The notes under the pieces: model-generated
Told to the model about the DNA's origin: nothing
Database searches by the model: none
What the model saw: only the letters and a program-made list of their open reading frames with translations
Origin: Paraspadella gotoi
Taxonomy: Eukaryota; Animalia; Chaetognatha
Length of the DNA: 64,000 nucleotides
Assembly: GCA_051294375.1 (NCBI GenBank)
Contig: JBJCIZ010000028.1
Span: 613,623-677,622 of the forward strand
Reading direction: 5' to 3'
Shown here: positions 39,701 through 52,456 of the stretch, piece by piece
Position numbering within the stretch: the stretch's first letter is position 1
How the letters are laid out: the number at the start of each line of letters is the position of its first letter
Program-made: the position numbers and the translations under genes

Positions 39701-42054
39701 TGGCCTTAAACCACGCAAAAGCCTGTCCCAAAGTCAGGGGCCAAGATGCTTATTTATTAAATGAATGGATAATTTTATATTGGTTGTACCAATTTCATAA
39801 AAATTAGCTCCTTGTATTTTGATGCTAGTGCGGAGTACAATAAGTAATTCCCGATCTAATACTTAAGGGAGTGTCTTTATACAATTGAAACATTCTTTGA
39901 AATATTTCCACTTCATTGATAGGAGGAAACCAGGTACTCTGGGAGTGACTAAACGAGACTGTGAGAGAGGTCTTGATTGAAAGCTTGCAGGGAACCTTGC
40001 TATGTCATTATCCTTTAAAGAGTGATGGAGGCCTTAAACGACCAAAGCCTGTCCAAAGTCAGGGGCAAGATAGCTTATTTATTAAATGAATGGATAAATT
40101 TTTTATATTGGTTTACAATTTCATAAATCTTATTTTTTTTATTGTATAATCTTTAATAAACATTTTAACAATATTTATACCGGACTTCTGTTAATTTGTA
40201 ACCTGTACCGCTTTATTGTCCAATACTTTAGATCGGTTCACATTTTAATATTCCAGATCATTTTTTTACTGGCTAAAATTTTATAAGGATAATACTATGG
40301 TCTATGGTGGACTAAAATCCACCAATCGTTCAAAGGTGATCCAAAGCTCAGGGACTGCTTATATTGAACGGTTCTGTCATTAACTCATAACAATAATTAC
40401 TGTCTTTTCAGTACTATATCTAAATATATAAATATAGCCTACTGCGAAAATTGAAAAACATAAAATTAATTTTTTTTTACAAATTGATGTTCACTGATGG
40501 TATTTTGTTCATTCGTAAATAACTTTCACTACGATCAACTGGACAAGACGGAGTATTTTCTGATTACTCTTTCGCATTTTTAATTATAGATCTAAAACTA
40601 ATACTCTCATAATTTACTTCCTTTTCGAATCCCTACCCATCGTAAGCGATGAAAAATCCGTAACATCTGATTAAAACTTATACAGACATTCATATTGGCC
40701 TTTTTAACTTCTTAACATTTTATATTTACATGTTTAGAAAAGTTCATAATCACGCGGAAAAAAACTTTCTCTCTTACTGCAATATACAAATGAGATTGAA
40801 AAAAAAAAAAAAAATTCAGTCCCAATAGTTCACTATGCCGTTCTTATGAAACGGCGAATTTATATTGCATTATTCATAAAATTTTATAATCGTTGTAACA
40901 ATGAGATGACGTTGCAAACCTCTCAGGACGCGAAGAGGCTGGAGCGCGAGCGTCTCCGCGACCGCACTCGCATCGAACGCGAGTTGCGTCTCGTCAAAGA
41001 TGAAAAGATTCGACTCAAGAAGGAACGCGCCAAGTTGATCGAGGAAAAGGCCGAGCTTTTACGGTGGGTGTTGGATAGTTTATTAATATAGAAAAAGGGC
41101 GAACTTGTAGATTTAGGGAATGTGATATGATGAAACTTAACTAAGATATACGTGGTTTCGCATTTTATCTATATTCATTTCAATTTATCTGTAAATTTTA
41201 TTACCATTTTATCCGATGGTGAATGAATCCACGAAAGTTTCTTCCCAGAAATTTTCAAGTATAGACTTTAGAGAATAAGTTTGATGACCTTAATCCCATT
41301 TGAAATTGTTTACAGTAATAAACTTCGTAGTTAGTTCTATATATATTTTTACCCTAAGATGAGTAAAAGTATAATTTCGCCTATTTTATTAATTTTTCAT
41401 ACGAGTCGTAAGTTATATTGAAAAATCTTTTCAACCTTCAATCCACTCCCCCCCCCCAAAAAAAAAAACTCTTTCAGCGAGCGCGAGGAGGTGAACCGAC
41501 TGGAGCGAGAGCGCGTCAAACTGGAGCGAGAACGGAGAGAGCGAGAGAGAGTGGAGAATGAGAGAGAGTCGGAGAGAATCAAGGTTGAGCGGCTGCGTCT
41601 GCAGGAGGCCAAGCGAGCCGTCAAACGCTCTCTGGAGGAGCGGAAGAGCAAATTGGAGGAAGGAAGGTGGGCGACGTTTAATAGAGGGAGCGGGGAAGGA
41701 GTTAAATGCTTGGGGGGGTGGAGTTTTAAATGTTTAGAGACTATATATATTGTCTACTATTTAATTTAATTTTGCGCATCGTTTTCTTTTTTAAAAAATC
41801 CTCCCCAGACGCAGTTCTCTCGAACCGGCGTCGAAAAAGGGCAACTTTGGCGAAGCGGCTCGTCGATTCGCGGCGCCTTCGTCGTCGACCAACTCTTCTC
41901 GCGGCGCCAAGTCGAACCGCGGCGCCGGCCACGCTAATCGCCCTCGCGGCGTCGCCGATACGGCGCCGCGTCAGAGGAGACGCTCGAGCGAAACCGGAAA
42001 CGGGTAAGAAGGTCGCGGGATGAATTTCATTAGGATATGGCGTTAAATTATAAG

Positions 42055-42112
<58 letters not shown>

Positions 42113-42927
42113 CACGCCCTCGCGACGGCCGGACAAAAAGAGACAATAGCAACAACCGAAACGACGACAGAAACGAGCGAGACAGAGACGACCGCGAACA
42201 GAGAAATAGCAACAAGGAAGACAGAGACAGAGACAACAGGAATAACAAAGAGAAGAGGGACGGCGCCGGCGCCCAATCCTCTCGGCGACATCATCGCCTT
42301 CCCTCTGAAGATCGAAAGCACAATAATTCCCATCACCGACGCGTCGCCGAGGATCGCCTGTCGAGAAGTCAGAGCGAAGAGGATCGTCAGGCGCGAATGG
42401 TCGAGCCCGCTGGCAAGCCAGGCGGTGGCGGCGCCGCCGCCAGGGATCACTCTTTTCAAAAACGCAGCGGCGCCGGCGGCGAAGAGATACCCAGCAAACC
42501 TCACTACCAGACCGACTCTTACGGCGCCTCCTCGTCGAAAACCAATGGCGGCGCTTCCGGCGCGCCTCCTCGACGAAACAGCGGCGTCTCTCCTCGCGCC
42601 GGCGCTCCGCACCTTGACAGCGGCGGATATCGCGGCAGCGGCGGCGGCGGCGGAAACGTTCGTAACGTCGTCGTCACCGGCGCCGCCGGCCCGGTCGTCG
42701 GAAGGGGCGGGTCGATGAGCGGACGGGGCGGCGGAAGAGGAGGCGGGTCGTCGAGTGGCGGCGGTGGCGGTACCGCCTCTTCTGGACTTAACAAGGGCGG
42801 GTGGCCGTCGCAGGGTCCGCCCAACAGCGTCGTCGCGGCGGGATTCGTCCGCGGTTCCGGAGGAAGAGGCAGGGATAAAGCGGTCGGAGGAGGAAGAGGA
42901 AGAGGAATCAGGGGATTCAGGAGATGA
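36202..42927 (+). CDS. SAFB: SAFB/SLTM-family RRM protein, about 8 exons including a GC-AG intron at 38452
   Basis: [42 protein letters not shown]|SKCYGYVTM...[17 protein letters not shown]; E/R-rich coiled coil; RGG C-terminus. Confidence 0.88.
39141..39410. mobile_element. AT-rich MITE-like foldback element; second family member at about 45850-46160
   Basis: Imperfect terminal inverted repeats (TTTAGGAAATTTAAATTTT...TTCTGATAAAGATTAAAAAGTTA versus TAACTTTTTAAGCTTTATCAGAA...AAATTCAAATTTCCTAAA) around a central AAAAAATCATCA; same layout in COPS7 intron 4. Confidence 0.65.
39485..40125 (+). repeat. Two tandem copies of an approx 320-bp interspersed repeat (SAFB intron 4); other copies at about 27050-27285 (+), 37475-37630 (+, degenerate), 49145-49300 (-) and 9023-9090 (5' fragment)
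   Basis: Shared motifs GCGGAGTACAA, GGTACTCTGGGAG, GACTGTGAGAGA and CCAAAGTCAGGGGCAAGATAG(C/G)TTATTTATT. Confidence 0.8.
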
Positions 42928-44003
42928 AAGGGGGTTGGAGTCAACAACAACAACGACGACAACAACAACGAGGGAGAGAGCCTTTTTGTTTTTGTTTTTT
43001 TCGAATCGTCCGCTCGGAGGCGCTCGAGTTTATAAATATCACGTGACTAAAAAAACGGCTACTTCTTATTCGAACGACTTTTTCGTCCTCTTCCCCCGGC
43101 CCTCTCCCCCGAATCATCGTTTTCATACTTAAAAATTGGCTCACCTCGAATTCGACTCTTCTTTTTTGTAGGTTGCAGTGACTCGCGTTTGTACTCAATT
43201 TTCTCGTTTTTGAAAATTCTGAGATAAGTTATATTATATATATATTACTAGTTTAAATTTTAAAAAAATAAAAAACTTGCCAAATTTTTTACCTTTTATT
43301 CGATGTGTTTTTTTTTTTGGCCGATTATTTTTTTTTCTTAGTCATTAAAATCATCGAATATTTTTTTCTTCCTTTTTTTCTGCCTTTTTTTTTTCGCTCT
43401 ATCAAAAGTTTGTGACTTCTTTTGTCATCAAGGGTTTGAGTCCTTGACCAGATGTTTCACAAGTCCTTCCTTCTTCACTTTGACTTTTTTTTTCCCCGTT
43501 AAACTTTTTTTACGTTTAAATTCGTTTGGTGAGGCGCGAAACGAATACGAGAGTTCCTATCTGTTATTAAATGTGTAACATATTTCGAGTATAACCGTTG
43601 TTATTTTCTTCGACGTTACTTAAAAAAAAAAACTCTTCCTCGGATCGTAATTTTTGAAATGTTGATGTTATATAATATATTATCTGTTATATAATATATA
43701 TACTTTTTTTTTTCTTTCTCCGTTGTCCTCGCAGCGTTTTGTGATTAAAAAAAAAAACATTCTTCTCGCTTCGCATAGAATTTAACTGTCGTGATCTTCG
43801 ACAACAACAACAAAACCCTTTTTCCGCCCAGACTCATCCTCGTCCTTCGATCCTTCTTCCCCCCTCCCCTCGACCCCATCTTCTCCAACTCCTCCGCCAC
43901 TCCACTCCACTCCACCCCCTCCCCAATCCAAACCCCCTCTCTTCCGCATGTCGGTGAGCGTGGCTTCGTCTCTGGCGCGCCGCAGCCCGTCGGCAACGTG
44001 GCC

Positions 44004-46836
44004 ATGTTGGGCGCGTCCACGGCGCACCTCGAGCAATTCCTCATCCTGGCCAAGACGGCCAAAGGCTCGGCCATGCTGGAACTCGTCAAGCAGGTGAGGC
44101 TGGCTTGAGGGTTTTCATAGGGTGGGAAACCTTTCCTATCAATTAAGCCTTTAATAATTATCTCTTTAGACTTTTGATATATGACGTTTGATATTTGATA
44201 TTAGAACAATTGCGGTTTATGCTACTATATATAATTTAGTATCTTAATCTTATTTGCATATTGTTATTTCGATATTGTATTGTCCTATTTTATTATGTGA
44301 TGATAGTATTTTTTCAATCAATCCTCCCCCCTCCCCCCAAACAGGTCCTCGACTCTCCCCACATCTTCGTCTTCGGCGAGCTGCTCGACCTTCCCGCCCT
44401 CAAAGACTCGAGCGATTTCCCGGCGCTGCTTCCCTACCTCCGTCTGCTCAGGATCTTCGCCTATGGACGTTATCGAGATTATCTCGCCGCCGACAAGGAC
44501 CTGCCTTCTCTCTCGGCACAGGTTCTTTTTTTTTGGGGGGGGGGGTTAAGCTTCTCGTAATTTATATACATCGATTATTATTACTAAAAGTGTTTCAATC
44601 TCATTTACATATTTCGGTATTCGATTTAAGTTTCAAATTTTGATGAACATTTCAGAAAACATAAATGCATCGGCAAAGATTGTCCGCGTTTCTGGAGTTG
44701 AAATTAAGGCATTATTCGTTATCGCACGCGGACGCACGAGCGGTGGCAAATTTAGATTCCTTGATTTATAGGCTCACTCACGGGGGGCACTTTAGAAATC
44801 ATGTGTATATTTTATCTTCAACGAAACGCAATGGAAAAAATTTCTAAACCCCTTTGATTTTCGTTATCCTTGAGGCGCGCACCAAGTTGCGGCAATTGAC
44901 GATCGTGGATCTGGCGCAAGAGACGAAGCACATCGCCTACTCGACTCTGCTGGAGGAACTCGACCTCAACGACGTCCGCGAGTTGGAGGACATCATCATC
45001 GACGTCGTCTACGCCGACATCATTCGGGGCAAGCTCGATCAAAAGAACAAGCAGGTGGGAGGAGAACCAAGCATAATGAAATTTGGTACGACCAATGTAA
45101 AGATTATCCATTTATTTAAAAATAAATACGAAGAAAAATAGGCGAGCGGTTGTTGCAAAGGGGGAAAGTCGGTTCGAAATGTCGTGCACCTTACAACCAT
45201 AGTGAAAGGGGCCGAATCTGCCCTCTCGGCAATCTCGATTTATAATCTCCCGAGTCTTCTCGTTCGTTTTTAAATTAAACTAATACACTATATAATAATA
45301 CAATATATAATATCTATATATATAAGCTCCAAGTGGACTCGGCCATCGGACGCGACGTGAAACCGGAAGAGACGCGTTCGATCCTCGCCGTCCTCGCCTC
45401 TTGGTCCTCGGCCTGCGAGTCCGTCCTCTCCAACATCGAGACGCAGATCCTTCGAGCCAACGAGACCAAGGAGCGGAGCGTGAGATCGAAGGCGCACACG
45501 GAGACGGAAGTCGAAAACGTCAAGAAGACTTTGGTGAGTAGTGAAAGTGAAAAGCGCTGATGCCGAAACATTTTACTGTACTGCGCGGTATATTCATTAT
45601 CATCACCGCCTCGCATTCACCGTCGTTCGGCCATTCCCTGTTGGCTCAGGGGGGAACGCACCATCGCGAGCGGAGTGTTGGATGCACGTAAGCGCGGTCA
45701 AAATTGTAACACTTTTTATACTTTTAATTCTCTCAAAAAAATTCCTTTTTTCCTTTTTACTAACATTTTCAATGTAACTTTTTGAATTAGTTTCATTTGG
45801 TGTTGTTGCACTGAAGCTTTTAAATTATTTATTAATATTATAACAAATAACAAAATTTTTTTAAAAAAAAATAGTTTTAGAACGGATTCCGTATAGAGCT
45901 TGAAAAGTTAAATGAAAGTTTAGTATACAATTTTTTAAAAATTTTGACACAGAAATTGGTTAAAAACAGAAAAAAACTTAAAAAATCATCATCATCATCA
46001 TCATTGGCTGGAATTTTATAGTTTTTTTTAAAATTTTTTATTCAATAAAACAAAAAAATTTTAAAATTTTGTATTTATAAACCTTCGATCTAACTTTTAA
46101 GCCTCTATCAGGAATCCATTAAAAAAAATTGAAAAATTCAAAAAATTTTTAACTTTATAGTATAAAATAATCTTTAAATGTTCTGTGCGCTTATTAATAA
46201 GCTAATTTTTTAAATTATTTTTATTCATTATTCTTCTAACAGTCACTTTATGCATTATTTATTTGAGAGAAACTTCTAGTTTTCCAACCTGTTCCGGCTA
46301 ATGCACAGTCTTAACGACTTCCCTCTTGAGTTGGCAAAGCGAGAACCTAGTGGGTGTGAGTCGAAGAGCGGAAGCCCCCTAATGGGCATCACAGGCAACC
46401 CGGCTGTTGCCATAGATTCGAAGTGTTGCTTGTTTTGTCCGTTCTTTGATATTTTTTTTTACTCTTTATATGCAAATGATTTGAAATCTCAATTATTTAG
46501 TATTATTCTGAATGTATTCTTCAGTGTTTCTTAGTATAACTTCTTCCTTGTTTTCATATGTTTATTAATTTTGTCACTTTATTATTATTTCCTCCAACAC
46601 TCTCAACCGCCTCCCACTCCCCTTCTCCCCCAGTCTCAAACTCAAGAAATCGACGAGGTGATGGACGACGCCCGCGCCAACTGCGGCGTCGACTCCAGCG
46701 TCGCCGGCAAAGGCTCCAGCGCCGACTCGAGGAAGAAGGCGGGGGAGGGAAGGGAAAGGGGCTGCGGGGCGCCGCGGCGCAGGGGGGAGGCGGCGGCGGG
46801 GCAGCGGGAGCGGAGGGAAACATAAATTTTGGATGA
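44004..46836 (+). CDS. COPS7: COP9 signalosome subunit 7; exons approx 44004-44093, 44345-44521, 44875-45054, 45327-45533, 46634-46836 (probable indel near 46740)
   Basis: LEQFLILAKTAKGSA...VLDSPHIFVFGELLDLP; IFAYGRYRDY; VRELEDIIIDVVYADIIRGKLDQKN; VDSAIGRD; the conserved KGKGLRG appears in a shifted frame. Confidence 0.93.
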
Positions 46837-47679
46837 TGAGAGGAGAAAGTTGACGAAGGGAATCGTGCGCCGTTCAATCCTCGCCCCCCCCCCCCCCCCT
46901 ATTTACCGGCGGCCTTTTGTTTGTTTGTTTTTCGTGTTGTTTTGTTTGTTTTTCAGATCGACGCGAAATGTTTAAAATGACGCGTGATTAACGGAGTGAT
47001 TAAATCATTGTCGTTTAATAATAGTTTTGTAAAATAAACGCGAGGTCTCCCCTTCTCATGTACGGTGGGTTAATTGTCGATTAAAATCTTTTTTTAAAAA
47101 ACCTGATCTCATCTACGTAATCATGGATCCGCGAGTGGGTGGGGGACGATAGTGTGAAGGCCTCAAGGTGTCAAATAATGGGTTTGGGGGTCCTCGCAAG
47201 AATGAAGAAGACCATTTTTCGTCTTCGTGGTCCGTCTCGCATCATTCGAGCAATTGGCGTCCATCTGCAACTTTTTGGTTCATTTTAAAATTTAACGTCT
47301 CATTCGCTTATCGTCGCTGACCCCATTCTGTGATTCTAGATGTCATGGGTCAAAGAAACACGATTTAGTTAGTGGCATCAATCCCCCGCAATTGCCCACA
47401 CTCTCCCCTCCTTTCTCAGCTTTTTCGAATGTTCAGAGGCAGGCGCGTCCTAATAAAAGCGATCCAGAGTTCCCGGTCGAGAGCGAGGTTAAAAAAAAGT
47501 TGTTCCCGGCCAGTTTAAAGATTAAAACCCTCTTGTTGTCTCCCTATGTATTTATTGTCGCTGACATTTAAAAAAAAGCCCTCAATACGTTTTTTTTTAG
47601 TCGAACAAGTTAAGAAAAAGTCACTCGTTTACATTTTCAGTCTCGCATTAATTAACTCATTAATTAACTCATATAAACA

Positions 47680-50600
47680 ATGGGCGGTCAAAAGCGAAAA
47701 ACCGCCAGTCTGTCCAAAGCGCCGCCTCCGCCGCCAGTTTCCGATTCCGACGANNNNNNNNNNTCCTCGAATTCCGAGGAAGACGAGATCCCGACGGCGC
47801 CGCCTAAACCCGCCACGCCCAAGGCATCGTCAAAAGCGGCGCCGGTCAACGACGCCGCGGAATCGTCTTCGAGTGAAGACAGTTCCAGTGAAGAGGAAGA
47901 AGAGGCGAAGCCGCCGCCGCCGAAAAAGACTAAGAAAGTGTCCAGCTCCGCCGCTCCCGTCGCCGTCCCCAAGAAAGCCATCTCATCGGAAACTGTGGTC
48001 GCCAAGTCGAAAGCTAAGAAAACGGAGAAATCGCGGGGCTCCCACGCGCCGGTTCCCATCGCGGCCCCGGTGATGAACGGCGTCGCGTCTCCGCCACGCC
48101 CTTCCGACGCCGACTGGACCAAGGAGGAGACGAATCGTCTTCTCGATCGGATTTCCGCTCGACTTCCGCCCAACGACGTCCTCAAGTTTCAGACGCAACA
48201 AGAGCGGATGGACTGGGAAGCCGTCGCGGGAGAGGGGAGGTCGGCGGCCGACTGCAAGGCCAAGTGGGCCGCCGTTTTGAAGAAACTCAGGTTGGAGTGG
48301 TTTTTTGATGTTCGAAAGACTACAACTTTACTACTACATAGAGTATGAAAGGTTGCGGGGTCCCTCGACGGTATTATCTTGTAAGATAGCAAAATAGCTT
48401 GCTTTTTGAATAAATAAATTTATTTCAGGCGCACTCCATGATACGTGCTATTATTTAGAGGGGACTCTAATTTTTTAATGCTATTAAGCCATAAACATAA
48501 CATTTTTTCTCCGTCAACTTAATCAGAACCTTCAAAACAATGTCCGAACTCGTGAGGGAAGCTTTGGCCTCGGAAAAAGCTCAAGAACCGCTAGCCCCGC
48601 CGCAAGGGCGGCCGCCGGCACCGCCGCCGCCCGAATCGTATCCGGATCCCGATTGGGTTAGATTTTTTAAGTCAAAGTCGCAAGAGTACAAGTGAGTACG
48701 CGCGGTTTGGTTTTGTTTGAGTAATGTATATAAATATTTATTTATTGCATTATTGAATTCCTTTTTTAAAAGGCGTCGTAAGGCGACCAACGAGGATGGC
48801 GTCCGTTACACCGATTTCTATAAGAATCTCTCTGAAAGATTCAAGTCGATGTCTTCGTCGGAGAAAGAGCAGATTCGACGCGATCATCTCAATGATATGA
48901 GGGCCTTCATCGCTCCAGGTGAGAGAGAGAGAGAGAGAGAGAAAAATACAGACAGACAATGAGATAAAAATTTAAACCTCATTCTCATCATTTCTTCAGT
49001 CGGAACGAAAGTGGAAAAGATGAAGCCTCCGGCGAAACCGTCGACGCCCCTCCAGCTCTTCGTCAACTACGCCAAGGATAAGATGAAGCACAAGGACAAA
49101 TTCGTCTCCAAATCGGGACTGGTTAGTTTTTCATATCAAATAATATGAATGAAATTGGTACAACCAATATAAAATTATCCATTCATTCGATAAATAAACT
49201 AACTTGCGCCTGACTTTGAATAGTTTTTGGTGGTTTGAGGCCTCCAAGACAATATCAATCAAGACGCTCACATTCTCGTTTATTCACTCCCGTATAATAC
49301 TTATTATTACCTATGTATACGTATATTAAACATTATCCAATCCTCCAGGAACAAAACAACCTTCTCCGCAGGAAGTGGTCCGTCATGGACGACGACAAGA
49401 AGACCTTCTTCATCCTTCAGGCGGTGGAGTCTGCTCGTGCCTACGAAGTCGAAGTCAAGAGACTCAAAATCGAATCTCCCGATCAGACGGCGGGCCTGGC
49501 CGACACGGTCAAGGTCTTGTCCAAGCACGAGCAATTGCTCCTCGACAAGCACGAAGGCGAGATTTTTAAGGGGGGGGGGAATATTGCAGGAGTGGGTTCA
49601 TACATTAATGAAATCTGATGAATGTCGTCGGGTATTGGTACAAGTTTACCCCGCCTTTAAAGATGACTCTTTCAGTTGTGACCCGGTGACTTACCACCAA
49701 TAAGCCTGGCTCAAAGCCCAGGACACGTTCCATCGCTGGCGAGAGGGTTTAAGAATTTACGGAGGGAAGTCTTCAGCCCACTTATAGCGCCGTAACCATG
49801 AGTTGTTTTGTTTTAGTTTAATAATTATTTTTAACCTCGGAATCCCAACGAAGCCCCCAGTAAACGGATACGCCCACTTATAGTGCCTTAACCATGTGTA
49901 GTTTTGTTTTAGTTTAATAATTGTTTATTTTAACCTAGGAATCCCAACGAAGCCCCCAGGAAACGGATACTCGATTTTCGCTCAGGAAATTCTGACATCG
50001 GAAAAACTCAAGGGCATCGAACCCAGTGGTGAGCCGAGTTGACGTTTAATATTTGTATTATTTATATAGTTTGTCTAATTATATTGTATCTTTATATAAT
50101 ATTGTTTATTAACATTCGCTTTTTCTATAGGCCGCATGACGAAGGTGGCGCAACTCTGGAAGGAGATGCCCGATACGGAAAAGACGGTCTACAACGTCAA
50201 AGCCAAATCCGCCATGGAACAGTTCAAGATCGCCGTAGCGCAGTTGCCGCCCGAAATCAGGTATGGGTTATGTGGAAGTTATCCGATTGTGCATGTCCTG
50301 TAAAGATCTAAAAAACTGAAGATATCCTTTAAGTTTTACACTTCAACTCTTTTCTTCTTTTTGGATAAATTGCTGTAAGATGAGGGCGTTTCCATTCTTT
50401 CTCCGTTCTTTCTCTCGTTCTCGAGATTCTTTGCGCTTGAGAGAGATTAGCAGTTGTGGCAGGAGATGGTTCCATTCTCTGACCTTCCTTCTAATCCCTA
50501 CTTCTCCATAATTCCCCCCCCCCAATTTCAGATCCCGATTGTTGGGCTCGAAAAAGGAGTCGAAAAAAGAAGCGACCCCAAGGAAGATTCCGCCGCCGCC

Positions 50601-52392
50601 GCTTCCCGCCGGTTTTCCCCGCCGCGCCCTCAGAAACCCTTCGACGCCATCCGCGTCTTCATCGAGGCGAAGCGCGAGAAGTTCCGGCGCCGACATCCGG
50701 ACGCCTCCGCCTCGGAACTGAACCGGATGTTGACGGCGGAATACAACGAATTGTCGGAGAAGAAGAAAGAGAAATATCGGGCGAAGGCGTTGAGGTTGAA
50801 GGAGGATCACGAGGAGGAGATGAAGGTGAGGAAAAGATTAGGCTGGGGGGGGTTAGGGGGTGAAGGTGGGGCTTTGGTTGGAGGATTGTTGTTGTTTTGG
50901 TTTGGGGAGATTATCCTCGATGAAATGATGCACGATCCAGTGATTCTTTTTAGTACCTAAAGCCGTTTCATTCTCTCTCTCTCTTTCTCTCTGAACATTG
51001 AACAACGACTAAAAGGTCGTATAGGCCGCGGACTGTGTGCCCATGACCGTATCCGTGTATTCATTCTCATTCTCTCTCTCAGTTTCGCAACGCCAGCGCA
51101 AAAAGCAAGAGCGACTCGGAAGAATCAAAGCCGCCCCCGCCTAAAAAAGATAAAAGGCAAAAGAAAGGGAAAAAACCGGAAAAGGAATCGGAGGTCGTCT
51201 CTCACGCCCCGGCTCCCGCAGCCCAAACGGCCCCCGCGAAAAAGGGCAAAGGCCCCAAGAAGCCGCCGATGAACGGATACACCGTCTTCAGCTCGGAATG
51301 TTTTCGCGATGCGGAGCTGATGAAGGGCGTTCCCAACACGGAAAAGATGAGCCTCATTTCGCGAAAGTGGAAGGAGTTGGATGGTGATTAATATATGAAA
51401 TATATAATATATATAAAATATTAACTAAATCAATCGCTTAATCGTTATCGAAGGCGTCCCCGGAAGTAGTGAAATTGAAACTTTCGTATGAATTCATTTG
51501 TTTACTCGTTTAATTCGTTACAATCGAATGAACAAAGTTCTCTCGCCGTAACGATAAAAATTTTAGGACCCATAACGAATTTCTAGGTTGACAGAGATTA
51601 AAACTTAAACGAGTTAAATAATTTAATCTCATTTTGAAACGAATTGAAAGTTACTTTGTCACTGAATTACAATTTAATACAATAATGATACTATTTATGA
51701 TAACATAATCCTTAACCATTGCAAAAGAATAATATTAAATCTTCAATTATGTTTTCTTGATACCTAATGAATATACGATAATATGCAAATAAGATTAATG
51801 AACTCAATCTCATTAGAAACGTTACACAAATTCTAATATAATTTTATGAAACTTCTTCTTCGTGCAGAATCCGAGCATCAAGCCTACAATCTCAAAGCCA
51901 AGTTTCTCGTCGACGAATACGTCCGCAACTTCCCCGACTCTGACTTTGCAGTCGCTCATCTAAAGAGGGCAGCGAAGAAAGCAGCCGTGGCGGCGACCCC
52001 AGCGGCTGCGACCCCAGCGGCTGCGTCGTCTGCTGCATCGTCGCTGCCGGCGACGGCGAAGAACAACAAGTTGCAGTCGTTGAAGGCGGTGGCGACGTCG
52101 ACGCCAAAGGCAAAGACGAAGGATGACGACGACGACGATGATGACGACAAAGAAGAAGAAGAGGAGAGCGACAGCGAAGGGTGGGTTTAAATTTTTTAAC
52201 GAATTTTATAGCATAACAAAATAAAATAAAATAAAATACAAATGAAATACAATGATATAAAAAGGTTACGGGATGAAAAGTTGAATCGGTTGTGAACCTC
52301 GTGGCGACGGTCACGACCGAAGAAACCCGTTAAAGCTCGTGAAAAACGAGACCATTGACTCGAGGTCTAATGTCATTGGCCGTTGAGGAGAG

Positions 52393-52456
<64 letters not shown>

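Noticed and set aside
45140-45240. Intronic RNase P/MRP RNA (GGGGAAAGTC)
   Set aside because: Only the short motif matches; no complementary P4 partner found and the structured region is too short.
46730-46836. Alternative-frame C-terminus of COPS7
   Set aside because: The shift coincides with a G homopolymer and the conserved KGKGLRG is in the other frame; probable base-calling indel.
24460-49625. Hammerhead ribozyme cores at CTGATGA (24461, 49616)
   Set aside because: No appropriately placed GAAA or stems II/III.
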